Below, piece by piece: positions 7,819 to 17,033 of a DNA stretch of 32,000 bases (positions within the stretch are counted from its first letter, which is position 1; every line of letters starts with the position of its first letter). Origin of the DNA: Serratia phage PCH45; the sequence record NC_091964.1, one strand, 5' to 3'. The notes below the pieces were generated by a model. It was not told the DNA's origin, did no database searches, and was given only the letters and a program-made list of their open reading frames with translations. A program made the position numbers and the translations under genes.

Positions 7819-10281
7819 ATGCTTAAGATACAAAACGCAGAAGTCTATAAGAACTCTCGTATACTCTTAGGTGAAGACTGTCATATCCGTTACAATCCCG
7901 TATCACCTTATCAAGTGATTATCGGACAGAATGGTATTGGTAAAACTACATTCCTCACAAACCTGCTCTCATACCCTTCCTTAGGAGGAAAGGCTTTTCA
8001 TAAGGAAGGTTACTCTTCCATCAAATTTGAAAAGGATGGCAAGGAAATCAGTGTTCGTATTAGTCATGATGGCAAATACAGTTTTGTAGTTGATGGTCAA
8101 CCGGAGAACGTAGGCGGGACTCAAGCAGTACAGAAAGACATGTTCAGAGACTTTCTCGGTATCACTCCTGAGATTGAAGCTGTACTTAATCCTAATTTTG
8201 ATTTCTTGGCAATGTCTCCGCAGAAACGCCAGGAATTCCTGGCTAAGTTAACCACCGGTGATTTAGCCTTTGCACTGCAACTTTACAAGAAGCTCGAGCA
8301 ACGCGCTCGTCAACATGACGGCGTTATCAAACGTCTCGAAGCGAACCTCGTAGAACTCAAAACCAAAGCAATCCCAGAAGAAGAGTACGAAGCTTATAAG
8401 CAGCGTTTAGAGGCGTTGAACAACGATATAAGGGATTTGTATATCGAGCTCAATCAAGACGCTCAGAACGCCTCTGGTGGCTCTATAGACCGCTTCCTGC
8501 CACGTATGGAGCAACTGGAGCACAATCTTACCAAAGAGTGGGTGAAATACTACTGTTTTGGTGGGGTAGATGCAACCGATGAGCAAGACGCTGTCGATAA
8601 GTTACATGCCATGCGTAACCAGATTGCTTCTAAGGAATCTGAACTCGAAGGTCTGATGCAGCAGTTTGAAATGTTCAATGAGGTCATGACGTCTTTGTCA
8701 GGTGGCGATGGCGAGCAGGATATTGATGAACGTTTACGTACACTAAACGATCGCTTCAATCGCTTACCACCCGATGAGAACATTCTTGACATCGTCATGG
8801 ATTCGGAGCGTGATTATCGTGATGCTCATAAAGCGCTCTCACGTCTCTATGGCGAGCTCTCAATTAAGTTAAGTGAGATACAAGGTGAATGGTCGGAACA
8901 TCTCTTACAGATCGATCTAGTAGCCCTGCGTGAAGAGCATCAGGACATTGAGCGACGTATCTATAAGCTGGAGCAAGAGATCAGTCGTATCGATGGCGAT
9001 CTTGAGCATAAGCACAGCGGAGAAGTTCGCTGTCCGGATTGCGGCAAGCAGTTTACTCCTGGGTTAGATGAACGTCGCAGGGAGTCAATGATTGCTCGTC
9101 GAGAAACATTGCTCGAGTCTAAGTCACGTGGTGTTGCTATCCTTGCTGAGAAAACTAAACTCGGTAAAGAAGCTCGTACTTGTCAGGATCAGTACAATTA
9201 CATCCGTAACATGTGTAACTTACCGATTCTGTATAATACGTTCTTAGTCGTTGATAACAAAGCATCGTTATTGACGAGTCCGCAGCATTGGTTACGTGTT
9301 TGTTCAATGGCGTTGCAGACTCTGGAAATCAAAGCAGAGAAAGCCGGTATTCTGGATGATATTCATACGCTCGAAAAACAAAAGCGGATGATGGCAGAAT
9401 CCAACATTGAATCGACCCAGACCTTGGCTGATCGATTAGCAATTCTGGACGAGCGTATTTGGCGAGTTAATACCGATATCCAATCTTTACGTGACCGTGC
9501 TAACAACTACGCTGGTCGTCTGGATAAAGTGCGTAAGTTTGAGCGTTGGGCAGAAGCGCAGGAGAGAGAGTACGTTGACATTGGCGAACAGTTATTTGCC
9601 TCTGCTGAATACGAACTCGATCAGATTCGTCGCGAACTGTTAGTGACCTTACAAGCTAGTGCATCGGAACTCGCTACGTTGATTTCTAACTACGAGAAAG
9701 ATCATACTCAGTTGGAGTACCTGACAGGGATGATTGAGTCCGAGCGTGCTCAGATGGAAGCTGTTAAGATGTCTGCTGATGAACTGTCTCCTAAGACAGG
9801 GATGATCGCTGAACAGCTCTACGGTTTCATCGAGTGTTTCTTAGACGACGTAATGGAGATCTGTAATAATATCTGGACTTACAATGTTCAGATTTATCCT
9901 GCTAAAGATAGAAGTGCTGCGTTGACCTACGTGTTCCCGGTTGAGTTCAATAACTCAGACAATGCATCTGATGATATCGCAAAAACATCCGAGGGACAGT
10001 ACAGCTTAATAAACTTTGCTATTCGTATTACGGCATTGCGTTATATGGGCTACGAGAAGTCAATGCTATTTCTGGACGAGCCGGAACGTGCATTTACTCC
10101 AGTGCATAAAGTCAAAATGATGAACTTCATTCGTGACATGGTAGAATCTGGTTTGTTTAGTCAGGTCTTCATTATTAGTCACCATGAATCCGGTTGGGGT
10201 GCATTGCCTTATCCTGACATCATCGACTTTAGCTACGAGTCTAACTTACCAGGCACTAACGAAGTTATTCGATTCAAGTGA
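7819..10281 (+). CDS. Rad50/SbcC-like SMC-family ATPase with zinc hook
   Basis: 820 aa. N-terminal Walker A is GQNGIGKTT (7924-7950). About 550 aa of E/K/L/Q/R-rich coiled coil are interrupted at the exact centre by CPDC (Cys405-Cys408, 9031-9042). The C-terminal head has a signature-like SEGQ, Walker B LFLDEPE and an H-loop FIISHH. Confidence 0.75.
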   Translation: MLKIQNAEVYKNSRILLGEDCHIRYNPVSPYQVIIGQNGIGKTTFLTNLLSYPSLGGKAFHKEGYSSIKFEKDGKEISVRISHDGKYSFVVDGQPENVGGTQAVQKDMFRDFLGITPEIEAVLNPNFDFLAMSPQKRQEFLAKLTTGDLAFALQLYKKLEQRARQHDGVIKRLEANLVELKTKAIPEEEYEAYKQRLEALNNDIRDLYIELNQDAQNASGGSIDRFLPRMEQLEHNLTKEWVKYYCFGGVDATDEQDAVDKLHAMRNQIASKESELEGLMQQFEMFNEVMTSLSGGDGEQDIDERLRTLNDRFNRLPPDENILDIVMDSERDYRDAHKALSRLYGELSIKLSEIQGEWSEHLLQIDLVALREEHQDIERRIYKLEQEISRIDGDLEHKHSGEVRCPDCGKQFTPGLDERRRESMIARRETLLESKSRGVAILAEKTKLGKEARTCQDQYNYIRNMCNLPILYNTFLVVDNKASLLTSPQHWLRVCSMALQTLEIKAEKAGILDDIHTLEKQKRMMAESNIESTQTLADRLAILDERIWRVNTDIQSLRDRANNYAGRLDKVRKFERWAEAQEREYVDIGEQLFASAEYELDQIRRELLVTLQASASELATLISNYEKDHTQLEYLTGMIESERAQMEAVKMSADELSPKTGMIAEQLYGFIECFLDDVMEICNNIWTYNVQIYPAKDRSAALTYVFPVEFNNSDNASDDIAKTSEGQYSLINFAIRITALRYMGYEKSMLFLDEPERAFTPVHKVKMMNFIRDMVESGLFSQVFIISHHESGWGALPYPDIIDFSYESNLPGTNEVIRFK

Positions 10282-10285
10282 CAGC

Positions 10286-10322
10286 AAAAGAGAAGGGCCA
10301 AACGGCCCTTCTCTTTTTTTTT
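10286..10322. terminator. bidirectional intrinsic terminator
   Basis: AAAAGAGAAGGGCC (10286-10299), loop AAAC, GGCCCTTCTCTTTT (10304-10317), with the T run extending to 10322. An A tract on one side and a T tract on the other serve both convergent genes (stops at 10281 and 10321). Confidence 0.8.
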
Positions 10323-10971
10323 ATATCTCGAACAAAATAGGCCTAAGGGACCAGTAGGTACTTGTAGTGCCCCTCGATCTCATTGCAGCAAATCGTTGAT
10401 CGCTAGAGCCGCGGAGAAGTACGTTACTAGAGTTATAGTTAGCGCAGAAAGTAGAATTAGCCTGCCTGGCAGTGATAAATCCTAAGTCCCCTGGCTGGTA
10501 CTTCCATTGATCACCATACGCCATTCCCTCTGGAGATTTCCCCGACATGTCAATAATAGGGTTGAATAGTAGGTTAAACTCGCAGAAGTTAAAGACAGCG
10601 CCTGCCGGATAAATAGTCGAGTCAGGAACAGAACCCATTTGATCTAAGGGTAACGTATTCGCTCCACGTATTAAGCGAGCAAAATAGTTCTTTCCATTGA
10701 ACGTAATATTCTTGCCCGCTACAAGCCCTGCTTGGAGTAAGGTGTTGAAAGAGATATTTACCGCAATCCCGGTCTTCGGGACAATACAGTTCTTACCATC
10801 CTCCTGACTATAATAGCGAAGGAAAGCTTGACCTGTAATTATTGTCGAACCAACTGGTAGTCCCAGAGCCTGATATAAATCAGAGTAGTTACCTATATTA
10901 CCTTCACCCAGATACTTGTACGGTCCATTGGACGAGTTGTTCTTTGTAGATCCACCCAAGGCCTCTAACAT
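10321..10971 (-). CDS. hypothetical protein (216 aa)
   Basis: GAGGGGG SD about 5 nt upstream of the ATG at 10971. Last gene of a four-gene minus-strand block. No motif recognised. Confidence 0.55.
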   Translation of the reverse strand: MLEALGGSTKNNSSNGPYKYLGEGNIGNYSDLYQALGLPVGSTIITGQAFLRYYSQEDGKNCIVPKTGIAVNISFNTLLQAGLVAGKNITFNGKNYFARLIRGANTLPLDQMGSVPDSTIYPAGAVFNFCEFNLLFNPIIDMSGKSPEGMAYGDQWKYQPGDLGFITARQANSTFCANYNSSNVLLRGSSDQRFAAMRSRGTTSTYWSLRPILFEI

Positions 10972-10988
10972 TTAACCCCCTCTGAGCT

Positions 10989-11600
10989 TTAGGTCCCTTT
11001 ACTCAATTCAATATAAGCAGTCTGAAGGGATTTGATTTCCTCTTGCAATTCCCCAATGATTTTATCTTTAGCCAGCAACTGAGCATACGCGGTTGTGCGG
11101 TCTTTAATCGCTGCTTGGCGGTTGGCTTCCAGGTTCTCTGCGTTCTCGACAGACATAGCCTGAGCTTCACCGATAGAGTCGACAAAGATCTCCGGCTCAA
11201 CGCCCAGAACATCAGACAGTACTTCAGCGACTTTCTGCTTAACAAAGCTGAAATCGTAGTCGGTACGGAAAGGACCGAGCTGACCTGAGATAACGTAGTT
11301 AGCATAAGCAGGGATAGACTGCGACGGGAAACTCTGAATGTAGGTGCTCGGTACGAAGAGCATCTCGCCATCTTCAGAGTAGAGGATAACCAGCGTAGCC
11401 TTCGCTTTGTAGTCGTCCTCGTAATTAGTTTGCGTAAGGCCGAGAGGTGCGTAGTAGTCAGCAAAGATATTAACTGAACTACTTACCAACTCCATGAACT
11501 TACGCAGACCGATGACCGTATAGAGTTTGGTCGGTTCTGCCTTGAAAGGCGCCTTAAGTACAAAGCGCCCCTTCGTATCCAAAGGAGGTGCAATGGCCAT
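10989..11600 (-). CDS. hypothetical protein with C-terminal coiled coil (203 aa)
   Basis: AAGGAG SD upstream of the ATG at 11600. The C-terminal ~60 aa are heptad-like (NLEANRQAAIKDRTTAYAQLLAKDKIIGELQEEIKSLQTAYIEL). Confidence 0.55.
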   Translation of the reverse strand: MAIAPPLDTKGRFVLKAPFKAEPTKLYTVIGLRKFMELVSSSVNIFADYYAPLGLTQTNYEDDYKAKATLVILYSEDGEMLFVPSTYIQSFPSQSIPAYANYVISGQLGPFRTDYDFSFVKQKVAEVLSDVLGVEPEIFVDSIGEAQAMSVENAENLEANRQAAIKDRTTAYAQLLAKDKIIGELQEEIKSLQTAYIELSKGT

Positions 11601-11610
11601 CCTTTACTCC

Positions 11611-12264
11611 TTAAATATAAGTAAGCTTGAAATAGTTAATAAGGCCAACAAAGTAGTTACTTGGCGTATTTGTCCCTCTGAACAAGTTCCAAACACCCCC
11701 GCCGTTACCTATCTCTATTTCAGCAGTGCTGTGAGCCGCGATAGGCCTGGTTGAGTTCCCTCGGTAGACATTCATCCAGAACCCCGATCCGTAGGTTCGA
11801 GTAATCTCTACCTTTGTCCATTCCGGGCTATACTGCACAGGCGCATAAAGGCGATCGTACTGAGTACCCGGACCCATTAAGAAAGCCTGGAAGAAACGAT
11901 CAGGGAACTGACCAATATTCAACCCAATCCCAGAAGTGATGCCTTGGTTATAATCCCCAGTCCCTCCCAGGTTAGTAGACCCAGTCGTTTTTGGGAAAAC
12001 CTCGTACTCGATAACAAAGCTTTTCTTACTGAGGTAAAGTAGCTCAGTAATAGGCGCGGTAAAGTAAACGTCCCCGCGTGCATCGAAGACGTTTCCCTTT
12101 ACGTTATCCATGACCACTCCGGAGGCAGGATTCGCCCCGAAGCGTTGCCATAGATTCCCGCATTTATCACTGACCTCTTTACTCCCGATCGCAAGATCCT
12201 TCCAGTCGATATTAATCCCTGGACGGCGAGCTCTAGCGGACACTGGCAGTAAAGACTCGATCAT
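11611..12264 (-). CDS. hypothetical protein (217 aa), possible ConA/LamG-like jelly-roll
   Basis: I place the start at the ATG at 12264 (MIESLL...), one base after the upstream TAA (12266-12268), rather than the ORF-track start at 12351, which would overlap by 86 nt. The C-terminal ...NYFVGLINYFKLTYI resembles LamG-type domain ends (weak). Confidence 0.5.
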   Translation of the reverse strand: MIESLLPVSARARRPGINIDWKDLAIGSKEVSDKCGNLWQRFGANPASGVVMDNVKGNVFDARGDVYFTAPITELLYLSKKSFVIEYEVFPKTTGSTNLGGTGDYNQGITSGIGLNIGQFPDRFFQAFLMGPGTQYDRLYAPVQYSPEWTKVEITRTYGSGFWMNVYRGNSTRPIAAHSTAEIEIGNGGGVWNLFRGTNTPSNYFVGLINYFKLTYI

Positions 12265-12265
12265 A

Positions 12266-13585
12266 TTAGCTACCCAATGCGAAGTCTTTCTTAATTGGAC
12301 AGAGGAATTGGATGTTGTCGACAGTTGTTGTGAGGTAGTACACCCCATCACGAACCGTACGAGTCATATCCTGCGGGATGATCGTGTGTTCAGTTGCTTC
12401 CTCGGCAGCCTTGAAAAGTCCATTTAACTGAAGAATCATCATTTGCGTTGACGGCGGAAGTTTCCCGAAATCCGGTGCCTTGGTATCGATATCACAATAG
12501 CTCGGCCACTGCGTATCAAACGCGGTAGTAGCGCCGTAGTTATCTTTGTTCCCGCACGCAATGAAGAGCAGACACTGGTAGTTAGCGGACGAGATCGTCA
12601 CGTTATCAGCCAGGAAGTCTTTCTCGTACCCTTTGCAATACTTCTGCGCGTACTGTTGCACGACCCTGTCGCGAATAGTAGAGGAGTAGATGCCACTACC
12701 CGTTCCTTTATTAGGGAGAGCAATTCTATCCCAGAGAGGCACGACGTAGAATTCGGTAGGTACGAACAAGTCAGGGTAAATCTTGGACCAGATGTCTTCC
12801 CCATGCACGGACAGTGACAAGATAAGGTTACGTAAGTATTCCTTGATCAAGTCAATGTTTTTACTCTGCGGACCATGGCAGAGAACCGAGAACGGTGAAT
12901 CGTAGTAGATGTCGGCATTATCTTTATCATGCCAACGGAAATTCATCGTAACGAGGAATGTCTGAGGATGACCGATTGCTGCCTGATCCACTCTGGTGTT
13001 GTGATTAACAATCGTGATTGCTTTCAGCAAGGCTAAAGCTGCATCGCGATCCCCGGCCAATTTATCGATATCGATGTTGTTAATTGGCAGGATTCCGGTA
13101 TAGTCGTTATTCGGGTAGTATTTCTCTAACGAATCGTGACCGTACCAGATAAAGAGATTGTTGTCTTCACCTGCATTAGTTGCACTGAGCGTAACATAGG
13201 TGGGGAAGAGGTACGTGTCCTTGTAGATGATCTCACCGACGTCGGTGATATTGGCTACTGCACCAAACTCCGCGCGCAATGCCTGGAGCATGGTAGGGAT
13301 ATCTTTGGGAATATTCCCGCTGATAGAACGTAAATAAAGCCATTCTGTCATTTTAAGCAGAAGGTCTTGATACGTCAGCCCGACACTAACCAAATTGTCA
13401 TCGCGGGAGGAACTCAGCGAAATGAGCTGAGAGTTGGGATAGTCTTTTAAACTGTACCGCTCAATCTCATTGCTGTAGGTGTAGTTTTCTTTGGTCATTT
13501 CGCCAATTGTAGCAACCTGCCCTGGCGACTTGTTCCTGAAGTTTGGAATCTCACCGAACCCGTACAATGCGTAACTCATGTGCAT
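12266..13585 (-). CDS. hypothetical protein (439 aa), probably structural
   Basis: Long clean ORF, first gene of the minus-strand block 13585->10321. GGAGA lies upstream of the ATG. No motif recognised. Confidence 0.6.
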   Translation of the reverse strand: MHMSYALYGFGEIPNFRNKSPGQVATIGEMTKENYTYSNEIERYSLKDYPNSQLISLSSSRDDNLVSVGLTYQDLLLKMTEWLYLRSISGNIPKDIPTMLQALRAEFGAVANITDVGEIIYKDTYLFPTYVTLSATNAGEDNNLFIWYGHDSLEKYYPNNDYTGILPINNIDIDKLAGDRDAALALLKAITIVNHNTRVDQAAIGHPQTFLVTMNFRWHDKDNADIYYDSPFSVLCHGPQSKNIDLIKEYLRNLILSLSVHGEDIWSKIYPDLFVPTEFYVVPLWDRIALPNKGTGSGIYSSTIRDRVVQQYAQKYCKGYEKDFLADNVTISSANYQCLLFIACGNKDNYGATTAFDTQWPSYCDIDTKAPDFGKLPPSTQMMILQLNGLFKAAEEATEHTIIPQDMTRTVRDGVYYLTTTVDNIQFLCPIKKDFALGS

Positions 13586-13633
13586 TCTCCGTTATAATTA
13601 CAATTAATCTTAAAAAAATATCAGGAGGCAGAC

Positions 13634-14158
13634 GTGGTTAGCGTCCTCTTACGCCTCATCCCATACCTCTATTCTTTCATCAAAGAAATGAATAGGAAAG
13701 ACATGGAGAGGGGGACTACACAAAAGCAGAGAGCGCGTTACCGTACGGTAATCGCTATTCTACTCTCAGCAATCTTGATGTTAGGTATTTTCTCTGGGTA
13801 CTGGATTCATCGCAAGATGAACGAAATTCACGTTCTAGAGAATACCCTCGCACGAGAAAAAGAGAGGGGATATGTAGACATGACCAAGTTCGTCCCAAGG
13901 ACGGATCACGAACAGATGGTCAGTCTCCTTGCTCATAAAATGAACCGTGCTGAGTTCATAGATGAGCTTGCTCTGGAAGAGTTAGAAGCGATATGTAAGG
14001 CGGATCCCAAGGATTGTAACCCTGGGACTCACCGTACCATAAAGCTATTAAAAGACTTTCTCGAAGTATCAGATCGCGAAAAAGACAATTTGGGGCAACT
14101 CAATGAGTCGATGGAAAAAGAGAAAGCGGAATTGCGTGAAACCTTAGATAAAAAATAA
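13634..14158 (+). CDS. membrane-anchored coiled-coil protein (174 aa)
   Basis: GTG start with AGGAGG (13623-13628) 5 nt upstream; an alternative ATG lies at 13688. One clear TM helix (VIAILLSAILMLGIFSGYWI) follows a basic stretch (KQRARYR). The remainder is charged and helical. Confidence 0.5.
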   Translation: MVSVLLRLIPYLYSFIKEMNRKDMERGTTQKQRARYRTVIAILLSAILMLGIFSGYWIHRKMNEIHVLENTLAREKERGYVDMTKFVPRTDHEQMVSLLAHKMNRAEFIDELALEELEAICKADPKDCNPGTHRTIKLLKDFLEVSDREKDNLGQLNESMEKEKAELRETLDKK

Positions 14159-14169
14159 CTCACTGACTA

Positions 14170-14203
14170 CTTCCTTTGATACTAAATAATTTATTAAAGG
14201 AAG
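14170..14203 (+). promoter_or_regulatory. hairpin whose 3' arm contains the Shine-Dalgarno of the RNase H-like gene
   Basis: CTTCCTTT (14170-14177) pairs with AAAGGAAG (14196-14203). The stem extends by G-T plus 3 bp (14178-14181 / 14192-14195), leaving a ~10-nt AT loop. GGAAG lies 6 nt upstream of the ATG at 14210. Confidence 0.4.
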
Positions 14204-14209
14204 TGCGAA

Positions 14210-15778
14210 ATGTCACTTGAGTTAGATTTAGAAGATGACGCGCAATACGGTCTTGTGCTCTACACCGATGGTGGGAAAGACACAAAGTCGAGTGCCGCCG
14301 GGTGGGGGGTTCATGGATACCTCTACCCGGTTTTCGATAAAAAAGAAAAGTTTAAGAAAGACAAGGGTGCGTTTGGGCAGTACGGTTATGTCAATGGACA
14401 GAAGACCGATAAGACCTTTAAACCAGGAGAGCGTCTGGTAGAGGCTGGTAAGCTGTATAAACTGATTGTCAACGAGCCAAACTCGATGCCTTCAGAACCT
14501 GTCACACCGACCCACTTCTTCGACTTTTACGAAGGTATCCCGGACGCCACTATATCCGTTGTTGAAATAAAAGCAATGGAGGAGGCGCTCCGCCTTATAG
14601 CATCGATACCGCAACTGAAACAAGCGGTTATCGTCGCTGATTCTGAGTACGTCTGTCTGACGCTGACAGAGTACATCTTTGCGTGGGTCAAAAACAATTG
14701 GGCACGTAAGAATAATCCGAAACCAATTGAGCATGTCGAACGTTGGAAGAGCATTTGGGAAAATCTAAATGCTATTCGTGATAAAGGCGTTACGGTGCGT
14801 ATCGGGTGGACTCGATCGCATGTGGGTGAACCTGGGAACGAAGCTGCTGATTATAACGCGACAAAAGGAAAGGTCGCCGTTCTCAATAGTTTAGAGGGGA
14901 AGAGAGATGTCATAGTCGCGAAAGACTACGGGCAGAAAAAGAAATTAAGCAACCGTCTTCTCGAACAACGTTGGTGGTACGGAATTAACAACGAGCTCAC
15001 AACCAGCTATGACGACTTTGCAGGTAAATACGTCTACTTCTTTGGGAATCACGGTAAGGCAGAAGAGGAAGACGACCTGATTGGCAAATACACCTCGACA
15101 GCTAAATTAGCTATCATGGTTAGCCCGGAGAAAGAACCTGTCCTCGAAATGCTTCATGATTATCTCTTCGATCGTTTCTACGAGGAGGTCGGGCTTGTCA
15201 CGCTCGGGTATCTGGAGCATATCACTAATACGGAGCGATACGCCCAGTTGGCGAAAGAGGGTAAGAGCGTTCTGTACCCGAAAGGTCGGGACAATTGCAT
15301 CCAAACGCCAGATGGCGTACCGGTAATGAAAGAGCTGCGTCCTACCTTCCATGGACTTCGTCTGCTGGATAGTTTGAAATGGCATCTGGGATTACTCAAG
15401 CGCTTCGTCGACGGCGATGGAAGTGTTACCGTTACTGACATTACTGATATCGTCTACGATACCGTGGATAATGGTAAGAAGGTTACGGTTAAGACTGCTG
15501 ATTGTATCAACCCGCCGAACAAGACAGTATCGCTTGAAGTCGGTTATAGCTGTATGGGCAATGTAGGGACGAAGAAGATACCGTTCAAGATGGGGTTGGA
15601 TATCCCCCTCCGTAACACCTTGAACGCCATTGCCGATGAGTCCGTTCGTGTCTACGCTATCACGTGGCAGCGTAGTAGAAATGAATTCCGTTATGGCACC
15701 ATCGTAAAATGTGGAGAAGACTTACTGTTAACTTGTTCGCTTTCGTCGAACCTCGTTACACTAGTGAGTTTGAAATGA
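14210..15778 (+). CDS. RNase HI-domain protein with ~300-aa uncharacterised C-terminal extension
   Basis: All RNase HI catalytic landmarks appear in order: LYTDGG (D20), VVEIKAMEEAL (E119), VADSEYV (D144), RSH (H204), NEAADYNA (D214). An insertion of ~60-70 aa lies between the first beta-strands and helix A. Residues ~221-522 have no recognisable motif. Confidence 0.75.
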   Translation: MSLELDLEDDAQYGLVLYTDGGKDTKSSAAGWGVHGYLYPVFDKKEKFKKDKGAFGQYGYVNGQKTDKTFKPGERLVEAGKLYKLIVNEPNSMPSEPVTPTHFFDFYEGIPDATISVVEIKAMEEALRLIASIPQLKQAVIVADSEYVCLTLTEYIFAWVKNNWARKNNPKPIEHVERWKSIWENLNAIRDKGVTVRIGWTRSHVGEPGNEAADYNATKGKVAVLNSLEGKRDVIVAKDYGQKKKLSNRLLEQRWWYGINNELTTSYDDFAGKYVYFFGNHGKAEEEDDLIGKYTSTAKLAIMVSPEKEPVLEMLHDYLFDRFYEEVGLVTLGYLEHITNTERYAQLAKEGKSVLYPKGRDNCIQTPDGVPVMKELRPTFHGLRLLDSLKWHLGLLKRFVDGDGSVTVTDITDIVYDTVDNGKKVTVKTADCINPPNKTVSLEVGYSCMGNVGTKKIPFKMGLDIPLRNTLNAIADESVRVYAITWQRSRNEFRYGTIVKCGEDLLLTCSLSSNLVTLVSLK

Positions 15779-16134
15779 TAAATTTCATTTTAGAACAACT
15801 GAGTGGACGGTATATCAATGATAAAGGTAAGAGGATGTTGCTGTTGACATCCCTCTATGTCCTGATCATGCATATGCACGGCAAAGAGCCTAACTTGGAG
15901 AAGTTTAACCAAGAGCTCAAGCTGGTCCACGACATCAAGGGGGTTAATCTGGCGACGCTTATCTACCCAGTTATCTGGAGCGATAGGTTTAAGCATTTTG
16001 TCCAGAAAGCTCCTTCGGAGAAAGTGATCAGATATGTCAGCCTTCGTCTACCGAAATGGCTCGACTATCGAGAGTCGGACGATTATTCATTAGAATCAGA
16101 CCTGAAGACTTTAGAAGGCATTCTGCCGAAATAA
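15775..16134 (+). CDS. hypothetical protein (119 aa)
   Basis: The ATG at 15775 overlaps the upstream TGA (ATGA junction). The ORF-track start at 15709 would overlap by 70 nt. Followed by a strong hairpin. Confidence 0.5.
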   Translation: MINFILEQLSGRYINDKGKRMLLLTSLYVLIMHMHGKEPNLEKFNQELKLVHDIKGVNLATLIYPVIWSDRFKHFVQKAPSEKVIRYVSLRLPKWLDYRESDDYSLESDLKTLEGILPK

Positions 16135-16138
16135 AAGA

Positions 16139-16168
16139 AGAGGAGAGAGGCATTAGCCTCTCTCCTCT
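16139..16168. terminator. bidirectional hairpin between convergent genes
   Basis: Perfect 13-bp stem AGAGGAGAGAGGC (16139-16151) / GCCTCTCTCCTCT (16156-16168) with loop ATTA. AAAAG lies upstream and CTTTGTGTCTTT downstream. Confidence 0.75.
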
Positions 16169-16178
16169 CTTTGTGTCT

Positions 16179-17033
16179 TTAGTGCTGACGTGCCAGCTTT
16201 TCTACTGCCTGCTGGAAAGTGCGCTTGTGCTCAGTGAACAGAGTCAGTACCACACCGTAGTACTCAACAGCCTGTGCAATGTTGAAAGCAACCTTCGCCA
16301 ATTGGTCCACGTTCTTACCTGACATGCGATATGAACTGTTAGGGTCTACAATCGCGTCAGAGACGGTTTCCAGCTGCCGTTTGATCTGACCAATACGTTC
16401 GGTCACCAGGTCCTGGTTAGAGCCGTAGATCTGCTCTGAGAAGCGATTGGTAAGGGTAATGGCATCGATCATATCTGCATTACGCTTAACCAATTTACCG
16501 AACGGAAGATCTGCTTTTTTACTCGAGCCACTAACATCCTTTCCTATGTTCTGGGAAAGCTTTTCGAAATCAACTTCCTGGATGTTATAGCGGCGAGCGA
16601 TCTGTTCCATCTTATCAGGAGACGTGATCACTTCGGCCAAGAAACGAGTGGTCTGGCCCAAGGTAGTGTCGTAGAAGTTAACGACAAACCCAACGCCCGG
16701 TTCGATATCAGTTAAGAAATCGCGCCACGGTACGGTAAGACCTGCTACACACGGCAAACGCAAATCCATCAGATCTGAGTAAGGCGTACGCGCCAGCATC
16801 TCTAAGACCTTACGTTCATTCTTCGTAAAGTCGTTATCCTTCTTAAGAAGGGTGTCGATCGCGCCGAGGACGTTAGTGTTCTTAAAGCCCTGAGCGACCT
16901 CTTTGATGAAACCGGAGAGCTTCTGTACAGTACCGATTAACGGTTTATGTACCGAAAGAGCTTCGGTGGAAATAACGTTGTACATAAACCGCGTCGGTAA
17001 GTTCGACTTCGGCAAACGTGCTGGATTGAACAT
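16179..17033 (-). CDS. hypothetical protein (284 aa)
   Basis: Clean single-gene minus-strand unit, divergent from the recombinase gene. GAAAAGG lies upstream of the ATG. No motif recognised. Confidence 0.55.
   Translation of the reverse strand: MFNPARLPKSNLPTRFMYNVISTEALSVHKPLIGTVQKLSGFIKEVAQGFKNTNVLGAIDTLLKKDNDFTKNERKVLEMLARTPYSDLMDLRLPCVAGLTVPWRDFLTDIEPGVGFVVNFYDTTLGQTTRFLAEVITSPDKMEQIARRYNIQEVDFEKLSQNIGKDVSGSSKKADLPFGKLVKRNADMIDAITLTNRFSEQIYGSNQDLVTERIGQIKRQLETVSDAIVDPNSSYRMSGKNVDQLAKVAFNIAQAVEYYGVVLTLFTEHKRTFQQAVEKLARQH

Noticed and set aside
11003-11464. 153-aa same-strand alternative-frame ORF inside 10989..11600
   Set aside because: Its Ser/Leu/Arg/Thr-rich sequence looks out-of-frame. 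The 203-aa frame has the AAGGAG SD and tight junctions with its neighbours.
12265-12351. ORF-track N-terminal extensions, also at 15709..15774, 20403..20462, 23092..23151 and 28255..28266
   Set aside because: Each extension would overlap the upstream gene by tens of nt. An internal ATG placed at or next to the upstream stop, usually with an SD, gives the compact junctions seen elsewhere in the window.
13593-13598. Perfect TATAAT hexamer in the divergent gap 13586..13633
   Set aside because: There is no acceptable -35 (CGTAAC at 17-nt spacing) and no TG extension. Phages of this type are expected not to rely on sigma70 promoters. The region is AT-rich, so this is likely chance.
13634-14158. 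i-spanin (Rz-like) interpretation of the TM + coiled-coil protein
   Set aside because: Translating the alternate frames of 13860-14209 by hand gives only very short ORFs without a lipobox, so I see no embedded or adjacent o-spanin. No holin or endolysin is nearby. It is kept as a generic membrane protein.
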